DNA from: the human T2T-CHM13v2.0 reference genome, Homo sapiens
Assembly (NCBI RefSeq): GCF_009914755.1
Contig: NC_060934.1
Direction: 5' to 3' (one strand)
Length of the DNA stretch: 64,000 nucleotides
The position numbers and the translations under genes were made by a program. Shown here piece by piece: positions 1 through 15,986 of the stretch (position 1 is its first letter; every line of letters starts with the position of its first letter). Under the pieces are notes generated by a model. It worked only from the letters and a program-made list of their open reading frames with translations. It searched no databases and was not told where the DNA came from.

Positions 1-115
<115 letters not shown>

Positions 116-219
116 GAAGTCGTCGAGTTCCTCAAAAGTTTCCAAACAAGCTCCTATGAACCCTACGTGCTTTTAAATAGCTCCAACAGCTACCACCCAT
201 AACCCAAAGCCTAAACACT

Positions 220-590
220 CACTAAACCTTGAGGGAATTACTCTCTCTGACTCAGTATCTTCATTTATCAAATGAAATTTATAATGCATCAACCTCATCA
301 GGTTGCTGGAAGGCTTAAATGAGACTGCATTTGTAAAGAGTTCAGAACAATGCCTGGCACGTAATAAACACTCAATATATAGTAGCTACCATTAATATTT
401 TTAATATTTAATAGTTTAATAGTACCACTAGGCTCTCTCTATATATCATCTTAATCCTCACCACAACCTTTGAAGACAAGCGCTATTATTCCCACATTGC
501 AAATGAGGACACTGAATTTTCAGGGGTTAACCTGTCCAAGAACATACAAGCTAGTAAATGGACAAGATAAGGTTTGAACTAGATCTAGCA
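220..590. mobile_element. MIR fragments
   Basis: MIR core-like motifs (ctcagtatcttcattt, aatgcctggcacgtaataaacactcaat, aaatgaggacactga). Confidence 0.6.
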
Positions 591-959
591 GATATCAAAA
601 ATGTATTTTTCCCTTGACATTAAGATGTCTTTAATTCTTGATTTGTTACAGTAAAAATAAGGCAGAAAGCACAAAGCAATGAAGTCCCAATAGTTCACTG
701 AGATATAGTAATTTGGTTTTAGAAATGCTACGTGTGCGGAAAAAGTCTGGAAAGGTTTGCAGCCAGCTGTTCACTGTGTTTACCTCTGTAAAGTAAGACT
801 GGGGAAGCCTTTTACCTTATGCTTTCTGTAGGTTTATATTGTCCGATCTTTTAAACAATTACGCGGGCTTCTATGTAACCTTTACTGAAGGATGACATGT
901 ATACAGCACAAATGGTAACGATACAGCTGATTGAATTCTCACATACAGAGCACACCCAA

Positions 960-1828
<869 letters not shown>

Positions 1829-2624
1829 CTCTGTATGCATTTTCAATATCTTTATCTAAACTAGGTCCTATCTATGTTCTTATTGTCTTACTTGATACGA
1901 ATGGTCGTGTCTATAAAAATTAGTCCCTGAGTGTTCAGTAAGGAATCTGGCCTCCTACAAGACCGCTGTGTTCTTCACAAAATCATTTTTAGTATTTATG
2001 GCATTTACCAAGGAGACAGTGTATTACACATGGGAAAGTGCACCACAGAACTCAGCCACGGATGAGCAGCCCAATTTGCCCAGGATGTGGCTAACAAGAG
2101 TATCAATAATCACACAGGGTGCTAACAGCCATACAGGAATTACCTTTTTTGTCTTAGGTTTCATGGGTATATTCGGTTTTGGACTTAGCTTGGCTACCGC
2201 AAGGTGGAACTGTTCACTGCCTGGTCATCTTCATCTACCACAAGAACCATTCCCAAATGCCCTCCTATCCCCCACAAGCAGGTCTTTCTCTAGCCAGTCC
2301 TTCCACTCCTCTGCTCTTGTTCTTCACTGTCCAAGTGGGCATGGAACCTCATAACTGGACTGTAAATTCTCCCAGGTGGGGCCATGACTTTCAGTTTTTC
2401 AGGAGGGACAGGGAAGGGAGGTGCTGCTTTCTGAGGTGCTCTGAGCTGAGGCCACAAGGCAACTGGAGAGCCACCCCAACCAACCTCAGGAGAATGAGAG
2501 GCTCCAGGGTGTGGAGCCCAGGAGTGTCTTATCCCTCATGTTGAAGCCTGCACCACCCTTAGCACTTTTCAGAGCTGTGTGCTGGGTTAACACTGTTAGC
2601 AATGAAATATTGACAGTTATGGCT

Positions 2625-3070
2625 TATTAGGAGGCAGAATATAGTGGTTAAAGCTGGCCTGGAAGTGAGTCTGCCTGGCTTCACTTCCCAGCTCTGCAAT
2701 TGTCTGACTTTGTGTTCTGTGTCCCTCTGTCATGGGTTGTGGGGAATACAGAAGAAGATAATGTAAGTGCATGCTTAGCACAGAGCAGGCACTCAAAAAA
2801 TGTTAGCTGTTATTAATATATTACTATGACATAGAGATTAAGACTACAGGCTTGGAAGCCGGACTCCCCAGCCAAACTCCAGCTCTACCACTCACTGCTA
2901 TATGATGCAGGCAGTGTACTTAAGGTCTCCAAGCCTCAGTTCCCTCATCTGTAAAATGGGGATCTTAATCCTACCTCACAAAATACGTGTGAAGATCACT
3001 GAATATATTATGGTCTTAGAATGGTGCCTGGCATATTAAAAGTCCTATATATGTTTTAACTATGGTTATT
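2625..3070 (+). mobile_element. Two tandem MIR elements
   Basis: tagtggttaaagc...cccagctctgc; cctcagttccctcatctgtaaaatgggga. Confidence 0.8.
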
Positions 3071-3253
3071 ACTGCAAGCAGATCAAATAAATATTTCTCA
3101 CACAAATCTTTCAAATGTAAATGGATGCTGCTGTGATTAACAGAAGACAAATACATCTGAAACATTCCTGAAATCACAGTGTTTTCTAAATCAACTTATG
3201 ATTGAAGGTACAACTAATGCCATGAGAGACTAGGACACTCTAACAATAAAAAA

Positions 3254-3604
<351 letters not shown>

Positions 3605-5099
3605 TTATCTTTACAGGGAATATTATTTTATTTTATCTTTACAGGGAACTGAACCCAGGAGAAGACATATGATTTTCCCAGGATCACCCACCAAGGTGCT
3701 CCGGACTAGAGCTCAGCTTGAGTCCCTGCCCTGGACATTGTACCAGGCCCTCAATTAAAGTCCTGGAAGCTTCCCCCAGGCTTTCCTCTGAGACCTACTG
3801 GAAGCGAAATAATCCTTTAAAAGTTAGTTTTCTGACACAACCACTTTTGCTCCAGTCTCTATCCTATCCTTTACAAGGAAGTTGAGTAGTAAGTCAGCCA
3901 GTGAGAAATTATGTAAATTCAACCAAATTACCTAACCTGTGAGCACCTGAGCTTTTCTGTTTGCAAAAGGCAAAGAATGCTAGCTTTCCTCTCCTCTGTG
4001 GAGCAAGAGTTAAGGCATGGCCTAAGAATGTGCCAGTCCTATCCTGATCCCAGTACACAGCAATTCCTTGGTGCTTTTCCCAGTCCTGGTCAGCCTAGGA
4101 GAATATGACCCAGACGCTTAGATGACACTCTCCTCTCAGTCATCTACCTGGCTGCAATACCCTAAAGCCACTGTTCTTCCCTCTTGCCTCCTCAAACAAA
4201 CCAGCAAGGTTGGCATCAGGAGTTTAGGGAGGGGAGACTATCTGGTCAGAGGGTGATAATGTAGTATGGGCTCAGGCATTCACTTACATGTCATTCTCTT
4301 TGGTTTGTCCTCTTCCCCCTCTCTCCTTAAGTCAGCTGTGAGCAGCTGAAGTCGCTAATATTTCCCAGGTATCAATTTCACAGACCAAGGGCATGCAGCA
4401 CAATGGCCATTAAAACATAATGACCCTTTTTGGACATTTCCTGCTTTTCATAATCTGACAGACAAACCCTTCTCTTTCAATCTTTACGACATGATGTAAA
4501 ATCTATCTGAATCCGGAAATACCACTCTTAAAAATCAGAAATGACCCTCTGGCCACAGTAACCATTATTAAGCATCCCTTGGGATACTTGAGAAAAAGCA
4601 TAAGCATTTGCCACAGAACTGCTCAGCTCTTAGCAAAGGGTTCCCCAGGACTCCAGAGACAAATGAGCAACTCCTCCAACTAAGGGCATCCCTTGATCTT
4701 GGCCTCACCCTTTCCTGTCTTTTATCAGTTGCTGGGAGAGAAAAACAGTCAACATAAACTGAGTTGCAATGTTGGCCTGGGTATTTCTCTGAAGGCTTCC
4801 CTTGAAAGTAACTAGAGGGAAGGAGAAATTAACATGGAAAATTTTTTTAATTAAAAAAATACCTCAAGGAAATGGGCAAGTGTTGATTTGAAGCAGGAAC
4901 TGACAGAAAAAAATATCAGAGAACAGTGGCAAATGTGTGGCTGGATCATCAGGGAACACAAGGCAAGAGCACTAAACGAGAATGTGGGTAAAAGAAGCTA
5001 GCCTATGTCCACTTAAAGTTGGAAACCTGGGTTGAAATTTTAAGTTGATAACGATACTAGATGAAAACATTAAGGAGCTAAAGAAGCTGTTCACACACA

Positions 5100-5380
5100 C
5101 ACACACGTGTTCTGTATGAGTCTGTTCAGAAACAGGCAAAATTAAGCTATGGTATTTGGGATACCTAATTTAGGTGGTAAAACTATGAAGAAAAGCAAGG
5201 AAGGGATTACCATAGGTCAGGATAGCGTTACATTTAGGGAACTTTTGGGTGCTGCAATATTCTATTTCTTGACTTGGGTAGTGATTATACAGATGCTTGC
5301 TTTATAATCATTTGCTGTGCATTTGTATTTTATGATTTTTTATTCCACAATAAAAAATAAGTTAAAAAATAAAAAAATTG
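5100..5380 (+). mobile_element. Old L1 (L1M) 3' end
   Basis: aaacaggcaaaattaa...tctatttcttgacttgggtagtgattatacag, ending in an A-rich tail. Confidence 0.65.
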
Positions 5381-7479
5381 CAAGTACATAAGATTAGCAT
5401 TATATTAAGAAGCTTTAGCAGTTTAGCAAAAGACTGGAGCCAATACCACAATAATTCATGCAAGAGAAAGCAAACATGGTTATTTAAATAAAAGGCACTC
5501 CTCTCCCAGCCTAATTTTATGGTTTGCTTTGGTGTGGAGACTCAAAGTCTATCATATACAAAACTATACCAGCAAATTGCCCAGGATGATAAATAATGTA
5601 GCATACCTACCAATCAGAAAGTGTGTACAGCTCTTTGTCAGTGCTCACATTTCCTCACTATCACTACTTACGGAGCACTCTCACATACCTTAACTCACAG
5701 CCAAGGGCTGGTGCTATCCCCACTGCAGAGGTTTTTTTTTTTTAAGTAGCCTCAGACAGTGGAAGATTCACCCCAGGTACAGCTCAAGCAAGAAGACACT
5801 GGACCAGCACCAGATCTCAGATGGCCACACCAGGGTCCCTTTATGACAATGACTTTCCCATTCCCATGAGGTGAACAGGCTCACAATTTTTCCATGTATT
5901 AATAAGGAGCTGAAGAGAAACAAATAAATTACTGTCAGCATGAAAATGTTACCTCTTCTGAGTCACTTCCACTTTTCAATTAAAGCACCTGCCAAGGGCA
6001 TTATAAAGATTAGTTTCCATCACTAGACCATGAACACCTTGAGAATGGAGCTGTGCCCTCTCATTTCTGAGGCGTTTGCACAGTTTCTGGAATATGATAC
6101 GTGCTCATTAAACACGTGCACACGCCATAAATAAATAATATAAATAATAAATGAGTGAATATATGAAGGTAAAAACCAATGAATTCACAGTGTGGTGTTT
6201 TCCACCCCATTCCATCATTCACTCATGCATTAAGACTTTTAAAAGCAGCTAAAGTGAAAGGCAGTAACTGCCCTTTTAACAGATTGCCAATACATCCTCC
6301 ACTACTTAAAAAAGGGTTTCATGTCATATATAAATCTCAGAAGTGGAGAGGGCTGACAGGTTAATTATAGACACAAAGAACAGGGACAAATGGACTATGA
6401 GGTAAGCGAGTTGAAATGTGCAGACACAATGTCCTCCCTGGACAAGCATTTATTAATAAGCCTGCAAGGATTTACCCAGCCCGGCCAGGTACAGGTCTGC
6501 TACCAGGCTCGGGGACGATTCTGGGGAAGGCACAGTTCCTGCGCTTGAGGAATTAGGCTGGTGGCTGGAAAGGCAGTGTGTACCTTTGAGAATAATCAGA
6601 GGTCTCTGTGGGACGAGGCAAACAGGTGGAAGATAAGGCCCAAAAACTGGCCCGCCTACTCTTTTAGGGGGGTGAGATAGAGAAGACCTCCTCACTGGGC
6701 CAGGCCAACCGGGAAAGAAGCATGGGTAGGACTGTGGCTGGCAGACAAGTCAAGAGGAGGCCACCAATTCTTCTCCTGCACCTCCCACCAAACTCCTTCA
6801 GCTGCTGGACGCAGGAGCTTGAGTCAAAAGGATCCATAAGGATATTTCCCTTTCTTCTCCACCCTTCCCCCAACCCCAAGTGAAAAAGAAGGATGTTTAG
6901 AAAGTCTGGGAGACAAGCTGAAGGGCAGCTTCAGCAGGCAGATGAGCCCAAGAATGGAATGTGCCGCCTACAGGCAAGGAGTGGCCATGGGTGGGGAGAA
7001 AGGGGACTTCTTTTTCTCCCTTTCCTCATTCGAGGTACTTACTGAGTCTCTTCTTGGTGCCCAAGCACTGAACGTGACATCTCCTAGTGGGACATCAACC
7101 TGTGTTTGGCCAGATTAAATGGCCAAAGCCCAGACCTCTGAACACTGAGTCTGGGTCTCCCTGGGGGTTTCACTTTATTAGGGGGGCAATGGTTCTGGTG
7201 GCCCCTGATTCAACGTGAGTCCTTCTAAAGATCCGAAGCCCCTCTTAGATTTCAAGCACCTCAACCCCACCCCAGGTGGACACCCCATCGCAGTATCTAC
7301 TCATGCCCTGAGAAAAAAGGGCTGGTGCGGGGAGGGGAAAGAGATAATCTGGGAATGCTAGGAAGAATGACGGCGGGGCCACGTTCTGCAGAGGGGAGAA
7401 TGACCAAGAGGGTTTACTTGAGTTTGTTTGTTGTGTTTATTTCCCGAATCCAGCACATTCTCCAAAAGGCATTCGAGGG

Positions 7480-8560
7480 GCGAGCCTCGGCCGTGGGTCA
7501 AGTCCAAAGAGCGTGTTTCGGTTGTTTTTTTAGGTTAATCCCACTTGCCCCCCACCCCAGTAAACTTCCCACCCACCCCACCTCACTTTCCAGGTCTTTC
7601 CTGTTGCGTTCGGCTGCACTGCGATCTGGGAAGAAGGGAGAAGTGCCATCTCCCAGCGCGCGGGATCTGCGGGGACCCTCGTCCCCTCGCTGGTTGACAA
7701 AGAACTAACACCCGCCCCGCCGCGCTTCCGGGGCCAAAGAACGAAAACTGCCTTCTTTTTTTCTGGCGGACACGGAGCGCGCCCGCGGCGGGCCGACCAG
7801 CCCGGGAGCGCAGCCTCCGCGAAGGGGCGGCGGGGAGCGGCGGGGCCCGGGCGCGCGGAGAGCGCTCAACTAACAGCGCACCTGGACGCGCCCGGCTGCG
7901 GTTCCGACTCCGTCCCCGACCGCGCCCGCGGGGCCCCAGTCTCCGCATATCACCTCCCATAGCGCCCCGCTTCCACGCACGTCCCAGCTGCTCTTACCCG
8001 GGAAATGGCGAGAGGCTGCTCGAAGTCCTTGCCGCCCACGAGGCGGAAGCCCCACGGCCCCGGGCCCTGGAGGTCTATCTGCTGGGTGGTCATGGCGCGG
8101 CTGTGGCGGGCGACGACCCGCGGGGACAGACGGGCAGGACGCGCGGAACAGCTTGCAGGGCACCCCCGGCGGCTGTCGGAGAAAGAGCGGCGCGGCGCGG
8201 GCCCGGGGAGCCTGGGGCTGGCGGGGGCAGGGCAACCGCGAGGGCCAGGGCGGGGGCGGCTCCGCCCAGGCCGCGTAGCCGCCCGCCGCCCCGCCCGTCC
8301 TCCCGCCCGCAGCCGCTCCCCGCCCTGCGCGCCGGCCTGGGGGCCCTGGCCCGGAGTCCCGCCGAGAGAGCGCGAGTCAGATGCGGGGCCGGGGCTCTCA
8401 GCAGCTCTGCCCGGGACCCCACACCGCCTCCCTCCCTCCTGTACGCACGGCCGCACCGCGGCTCTCGGGCCCGGGGCGGGTGCTAGGTGAGAGGGAAGCA
8501 GGTCCTGACAGCGAGACAAACTCGCGCCTCGTGCTTTGTAAAACGAGAAATTTGAAGTGC
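7480..8560. promoter_or_regulatory. PDLIM1: CpG island / TATA-less promoter, 5'UTR and exon 1 of PDLIM1
   Basis: Very high GC and CpG density; clustered GC boxes GGGCGG/CCGCCC at 8248, 8254, 8262 and about 8280-8325, upstream of the ATG on the minus strand. Confidence 0.92.
7998..8093 (-). CDS. PDLIM1: PDLIM1 (CLP36) first coding exon, N-terminal part of PDZ domain
   Basis: Translates [32 protein letters not shown] (ALP/Enigma-type PDZ with PWGFRL motif); Kozak GCGCCATGA; donor CGG|GTAAGA at 7998/7997, phase 0. Confidence 0.97.
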
Positions 8561-9314
8561 TGTGCCAAGTCAGCCCTCTGAGGTCGGCTCCGACTTCCCA
8601 TTTGCTTTTTGTAATCGGTAATGATGTTTAAAAGGTGCTTTCGAACGATCTCATTTGATGCTGAGGCAACCGGGACGTTTAGTCCCATTTTACAGATGAA
8701 GTAACTGAGTCTGCTCAGTAGGTGAGAAGACTTGCCCGACGCTACACCACTCGTCAGCATCTGGACCACTGCCCGGGCCCAGTGCTGCAGAACCCCATCC
8801 TGGAACTTTTATAATGCTAATGAGACCATCACTCAGGTTATAACTGAACTTCAAGGCCTTCCTAGAAATCTTTCCTCCAGGCTGGAGTTCATGGTAGGTT
8901 CTGACCTCAACAGTTCAAACCTCAAGTTTGGGGCGGGCCAAGGGCCAAGTCAATGCAAAAGAAGAGCTGAGTCCGGGACCTGGATTCCCAGCCTCCCACC
9001 AGCTTCCTAGCCAGGCTCCCCCTGACGCCCTCCCGGTGGAGTGCATTCTCCACGCCGGACCAGACCATTTCTCATGCTGTCCATGGCGTCCCCACCTCAC
9101 CACCAGTGAAAACCCAGATCCTTACAATGCCTACAAGGCCACCCCTAGAATGGCCCCAACTCCCTCTCTGACCCCAACTCCTCCTGCCCTTTCCTCACCT
9201 GCCCCCCAGTCTGCCAGGCTGTGCTCCTTGCTCCTAACTCAGGGCCTTGCCTCAGGGCCCTGTCTGCAATGCTGTTCTCCCAGACATCCCCACCACTCTC
9301 TGTCATTTTCTAGG

Positions 9315-9623
9315 GGCCGGACACGTGGCTCACGCCTGGAATCCCGGCACTTTGGGAGGCTGAGTCAGGAGGATCAGTTGAGCCCAGGAATTCTAGACCA
9401 GCCCCAGCAACACGGCAAGACCCTGTCTCTACAAAAAAATTTAAAAAAATAAAAATTAACCAGGTTTGGTGGGGCACACCTGTCCCAGCTTCTAGGGAGA
9501 CTGAGGTGGGAGGATGGCTTGAGCCGGAGAGGTCAAGGCTGCAGTGAGCTGTGGTCGTGCAACTGTACTCCAGCCTGGGTGACAGAGTGAGACCCTATCT
9601 CAAAAACTAAAAAATAAAAAAAA
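9315..9623 (+). mobile_element. Alu (AluJ-like)
   Basis: Diverged full-length Alu. Confidence 0.93.
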
Positions 9624-9624
9624 T

Positions 9625-9880
9625 GCAAATGTCATTTTCTGAGGTCATCTCTGAGCATCATTTAAGATATCCTCTCTAGAATGCTCTATTACCTTCCCCT
9701 GCCTTATTTTTTTCCTTTGTATGTATCACCATCTGGCATTCTCTATATTTTGTATATTTATTTGTTCCACCCCCACTCTTAAGCATTAATTCCATAAGGA
9801 CAGGGGTTTTTATCTGTTTAGATCACTGCTGTGCCCCAGTGCCTAGAATAGTGCCTGGCACATAGTACTTAATGTATATA
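9625..9880 (+). mobile_element. L2 3' fragment
   Basis: ccataaggacagggg...cactgctgtgccccagtgcctagaatagtgcctggcacatag. Confidence 0.75.
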
Positions 9881-10094
9881 ACACATTGGCCATCCTCAGG
9901 ACCACTTACCCTCTCTGGGCCCAGTTTCTTCGCAGTTTTCTTGGCACCCATTCATCCTGGTACCCAGGCCCCAGCACAGTGCTTGGCATAGAGCCCATGC
10001 TCAATGAGTTTGTTCCCTGTGCAGCTCTGTCTCCCTGTGATCCTGGCCTACCTACTGAAGAGCCCTGTGCACAGATTTACACATAAAAAGATTA

Positions 10095-10562
<468 letters not shown>

Positions 10563-11393
10563 TTATAGCCAGTAACCAGCCACCTGCTTTATGAACACCA
10601 AAAATACATTCTCTTTGTTTAAGATTCTGTTGATTAGAAAGCATGACTGTGTTTCAAGTCCCTGCAGAATTTGCAGGAATCACCGAATTCTGAATCTGTC
10701 CCTAGATGTGTAACCATCTTGAATATTTTCTGTCCTAGAAGGAGAAAAGGGTTGAAAAGTCACAGCTTCTGTGCTTCTGAAGGCAGAGACTGCCTTTCAT
10801 TCATTCCAAGTGCCCTGCTAGCATGGACCTCAATCACAGTAGGTGTCAATAAGTGTTTATTCCGTACAATAGTCTATACAGACATAGTGCACTAATGTGT
10901 TAGCAAAATGTCTGTGAGACTTGAGTCCTCAGTTGCTTTGTTTTTAAATGTCCTCGGTTGTAGTCTGGCTCTACATAACAAGAGCTATAAAACAGTCAGC
11001 CCTTTGACCCAGTCATCCACTTTCTGGGCAACAATTCCAAGGACATAATTTTTAAAAAGAAAAATGCTGTATGTATACAGATATTTATAGCTGCATTATT
11101 TATAATGACAAAAAACTGGAATCAACCAGTAACAGAAAAGTGGCTAAATATGGTATGGCCGTAAGAGGGAAGAGTATGCAGCATGAAAATAACCATGAAG
11201 ACTGTGAAGAGACAGGGAAATGTGTTTTCAAAATATGTAAAAAGAGTGCAACAAAATTATTCGTATACCGTGTTAAAAAATAAAAGCTTATCTACCTATT
11301 GAAATTAAGAGAAAGTAGGAAAAGTAGTGGCAGACAGAATGAGAATTTTTTTTAATAATTGCCTCTAATGATGATGTAAAATTTTCATAATAA

Positions 11394-11772
<379 letters not shown>

Positions 11773-12469
11773 TCCATTTATCTTTTTTATCTCCTCTTCT
11801 CTCCCCCAACCAGCTAGCTCTGAACTGGGCACACAGCATATATACTCAGAAAATACCCAGAAACAGATTGACGACCCTCACCCCAAAACATAAACAATCT
11901 TCTCTTACCTTAAACACCATTACTTAAACACAATTTATTCATGCTTTCCAGTTCCCTCAGACCCTCGACTCCTGCCCAGTGCTAGTTGAATGGCCTTAAG
12001 CAACCTCTCCAAACTTCAGTTTGCCTTATTTTTATTATTATAACACATTCCATGAAAGTTTGTTAACCTAAACAGCCTAAATTCAACATCTGGGTGTTCT
12101 AGGGCAAGCGGGGAGAATGAGAAGAGGGAAGCAAGGAGGGTGGAAAGTGCAAGGGGTGGGACAGTGGTCTCTCCAGCTCTCAGTCCAGTTTTACAATGTG
12201 ACCTGGGTGGGAAGTGGTTGATGCCCTGGCTCCCCCAGCTTGGCCTCTGCAGAGCTGGCAACTCCCACACCCAGGGTGCAATTACCAGGACCTTTTAGAG
12301 CCACTGTGTGGAGACTACTTCCTGGAACAACAGCCCCATTTCCTAAAGACAGTAAGTCTAGGATTGTGCTCAGCTTTACAATAAGTCTCGTTGACTCTGC
12401 AGAACAAGTCCTGGACTTGCCCAGGTAACTCAAGAGCCCTCTGTGGGGCTAGGCTTCTAGCTGGGACCA

Positions 12470-12900
12470 AGCGAAAGCGTGTGACTCCTGACTGGGAGGT
12501 CCGCTCTGGTATCTAAGTGAGGCCAGGCTCTGCGCAGCCAAGCAAAGAACCGCCGGAAGCTCTGGTTTCACCGCGGCCGAGCGCAGATCGCGCACCGGTT
12601 CTCACGTCTGCAAACGTGCAACTGCCTGCCGCGGGCGCCCTGATCAAACAAGCAACTTGCTTCCCTTTGCTGTGAAAAGAACCGAAACTCAGGCTCAGAG
12701 CCTCGCAAAACAAAGACATCTTTACCCGCCCAGTGCTATCCTGTGTCACCCCCCTCCCAGGGTCTGCGCGTCTTTGATGGAGCCCCACGCGCAACTCGTC
12801 GCGGCGCCGCTCCAGGCAGCTGGCTGCATGCGAGACCCGGCGGGGAGAGGTTCTCCCGGCCGCGCTAGCGACTGGGCAGGGAATTGAGCTCCCAATCCTT
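12470..12900. promoter_or_regulatory. Small orphan CpG-rich island ~4.3 kb upstream of PDLIM1 (candidate enhancer or alternative promoter)
   Basis: Non-repeat sequence with many retained CpGs in CpG-depleted surroundings; ETS-like CCGGAAG near 12553. Confidence 0.55.
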
Positions 12901-13372
12901 TTCTCCTGCTTTCTGCTCCAGCTCGGGAAATCTTGAAGTGTCCACTGGGGATTGGGTGCCTCTCGGATTCCAGTTGCACAAAGCATGCTTCGTGGGCGTC
13001 TGGATATAAAGACACCTACCTACCTGGGCACAGAACTGTCTGGCGTTCCCTCAGGGCTGGTGAGGTGTGAGTAGATGAACTGCCAGATCTGAGGCCTGCC
13101 GAGTGCCTAGTAGACAAAGAACTGAGGGGCGAGCCCAAGGACCACAGCTATGTCACCCACCTGCCTCCTGGTTCCCATTCCACCTGGACAGATGGCACTG
13201 GTGTTCTCAAAAGCAGAGAGAAACTTGGGCGATAATGTCTCAAGCATCCTTGAATATCAAAAGGAGAAGAAGAAATTCCAAAACAGGGTAATAGATAGGG
13301 TGGTTCATATTAAATGCTTATATTGAAAAATTAAAACAAAAAGACAATGTATTATATTAGTATTAATGAATT

Positions 13373-13678
<306 letters not shown>

Positions 13679-13779
13679 TCAGAACAAGAGTCCAGTGAAG
13701 TGTCATCATGCACTTTTCACAAAGGAGAAGGCTGAGGCACTGAGGCACCATCCAGAACCCCTTCATGAAAGGACCTGTC

Positions 13780-14140
13780 CCAGGTGCCAGGAGGTGGACA
13801 CCCTTCAGCATTTAGTTATTTTAGGGACTATCTCTACTACAGAGCAGCTTTTCCCAAAAGCACACCTTCCCTACGCTGCCTGCCCAGGGTCACACATCAT
13901 CTAGGTGGGGGTGAAAGACTGGCCATTTGGGCCTAACATGGGACAACTCTGATGGGACATTTTGACTCCAGAGCTCCCCATGGAATCAGTGAAGGCCGTC
14001 AGGCCGACATGGCGGCTCTTCTTCCTCTGCCCAATCCATCCCCCGCCCTGCTTTCTTCCACAGGTGTTGAGCCTGAGGACCTTCTTTAATTAACATCCTG
14101 CATGATAAACTGTCTCTGGGACCAGGGAATTCAGCCTGCA
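13780..14140 (+). mobile_element. ERVL LTR relic (LTR16-like)
   Basis: gggacaactctgatggg...ccagagctcccc...ctctgcccaatcc...cacaggtgttga...catcctgcatg. Confidence 0.55.
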
Positions 14141-15986
14141 ACAGGTCCAGAGAGACTAAGAGACTTCCCTAAAATCACTCAGTAACCAAGGAACAGGGCA
14201 AAGGAGGCAGGAAAAGGGCTAGAGAGGCAAGGGAAGAGCTCTTGGATGTGAAGGGCCTTGTAACAGAGCAGAAGGTTATTCAGAGGTTCCTAGGACCCCA
14301 GGAGACCATTTAGGTCCACAATTCATGGAGATCCAAAGGGCTAAATCTTCCTCCTATACTAACAGGGATGCCCACAGCCCAAGTGTCACCATCTAGGAAC
14401 TAGACTAGATCCTTTCAGGAATGGCTTTTTCAGTTTCCTCCATGGAAGAAGTGGAATTTGAAACATACTTTAAAAGTACAAGCAACTGTGGAGGCAGAAA
14501 GGCCATACAGGCAGCAGGGACAGAATGAACAAGGTAGTGGGAGGGAAGCGGGATGGCCTGGTGGAATAACATTATTGATGATATGCAGGCTGGAAATTTT
14601 GCTCGGGAGGGCTTTGAATGTCAGTGGTCTGATGTGGATGCGGTAGGGACAGGCAAAGGCTTCCCGCCAGCCCCTCTCATTCCACCCATACACTCTGTCT
14701 CTATAACTCCATCCTCCCCCACCAATCCATTTCCTCTCAGGGTTTGCCTGTGCTGCTGGCCTGGTCTGGCCATAACTGATACTGAAGCTGACTATTTATA
14801 GCATTTGAGGACAGATAGAATGGCAGGGCCAGTTTCCATGACAGCAGGGCTCCTAGAGGGTGACTTCCTCTCTGCTGGGTCCCCACCCATCTCCTCTGGG
14901 TCCACCTTCTCTCCAGTTATCTCCAACACTGCTTCCAGTGTTATTCCTTGGGTAGCATCAGGGCTGCTGCTAGGTGAGAACACAGCAGGAGACCAGCTAG
15001 CAGTGACAATGCTGGCTCCAGGTACCAGCACCATTTCCCCCTGTCCTCCCATCTTCACATTAGGACATATACCAGGCTGGGGCTCAGCCATCACTGCTGG
15101 GTAATGTAGGCCTGGGGTCCTCTTCTTCTACCCCCAGGCCCTCCCACCTAGCCTCTGCCTTCAACTCCTACCTACTGACCGCCTGAAGTTGTGAATCCCA
15201 GAGGGTAGAAAGAGAAGAGATACAAATGACAGAGGTCTGGAGATAGAAGAGGACAGAAAAAACAATAAAGGTGGGAAAATCACAATGAAGATATCTATTA
15301 ATACTATCCTAGCCAAACTTAGCTCCTATTTGGAGTCTTCAAAGCATGGTTAAAAAAAAAAAAGAGTTCTTCCATTTGTCAGCTATGAGGATTTGACAAG
15401 TCCTTTAGCCTACTAGAGGTATTGATTGTCTTTTAGTCAACAACTCTTTATTGAATGCTTTCCATTGGCTATACACTGTTCTATGTATTAGAAAATCAAC
15501 AGCAAACAAAACTGACAAAAATGTCCTCCCTTGTAGAGCTTACATTTTAGTGTAAAGGGCAAACAATAAAATAAATAAGTAAACTATATGGTATGTTTTG
15601 TATATGTATGTTTATGTAGGCGCGTATGTATTTATATAAGTATGTACATGAATATACATATGTATAGGTATGTGTATTTGCATGCATATGTTTTTCTGCC
15701 CCAAAGGCCTAAAAGCAAAAATACTCCAGAGCAATATACACACCCAGTACCCATACCTTGGTTTCTAAATGAAAAGGAACCATGACCCCTCAGATAAATT
15801 CCAGAATAGGTAGCTGTGGCAGGATAGGTATAAGATGCACCTGAAATGGCTTATTATGCATAAAGTAAAAAATAACTTAGAAAAGTAAAAAGTGATGGGG
15901 GCATGTTAAAGGACACAGAAGCCTGCTTCAGGGGGCTCCCACTGGCGACGCACGCAGCAATTTGAGCACTGAAATAATAAAGAATT

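Noticed and set aside
7950-8519. 189-aa ORF extending PDLIM1 N-terminally, plus overlapping long ORFs in the CpG island
   Set aside because: Starts at a TTG upstream of the likely TSS; open frames are expected in stop-poor GC-rich DNA; it reads through the splice donor
14553-15104. Overlapping ~100-aa ORFs on both strands
   Set aside because: No recognisable domain, non-ATG starts, no coherent exon structure
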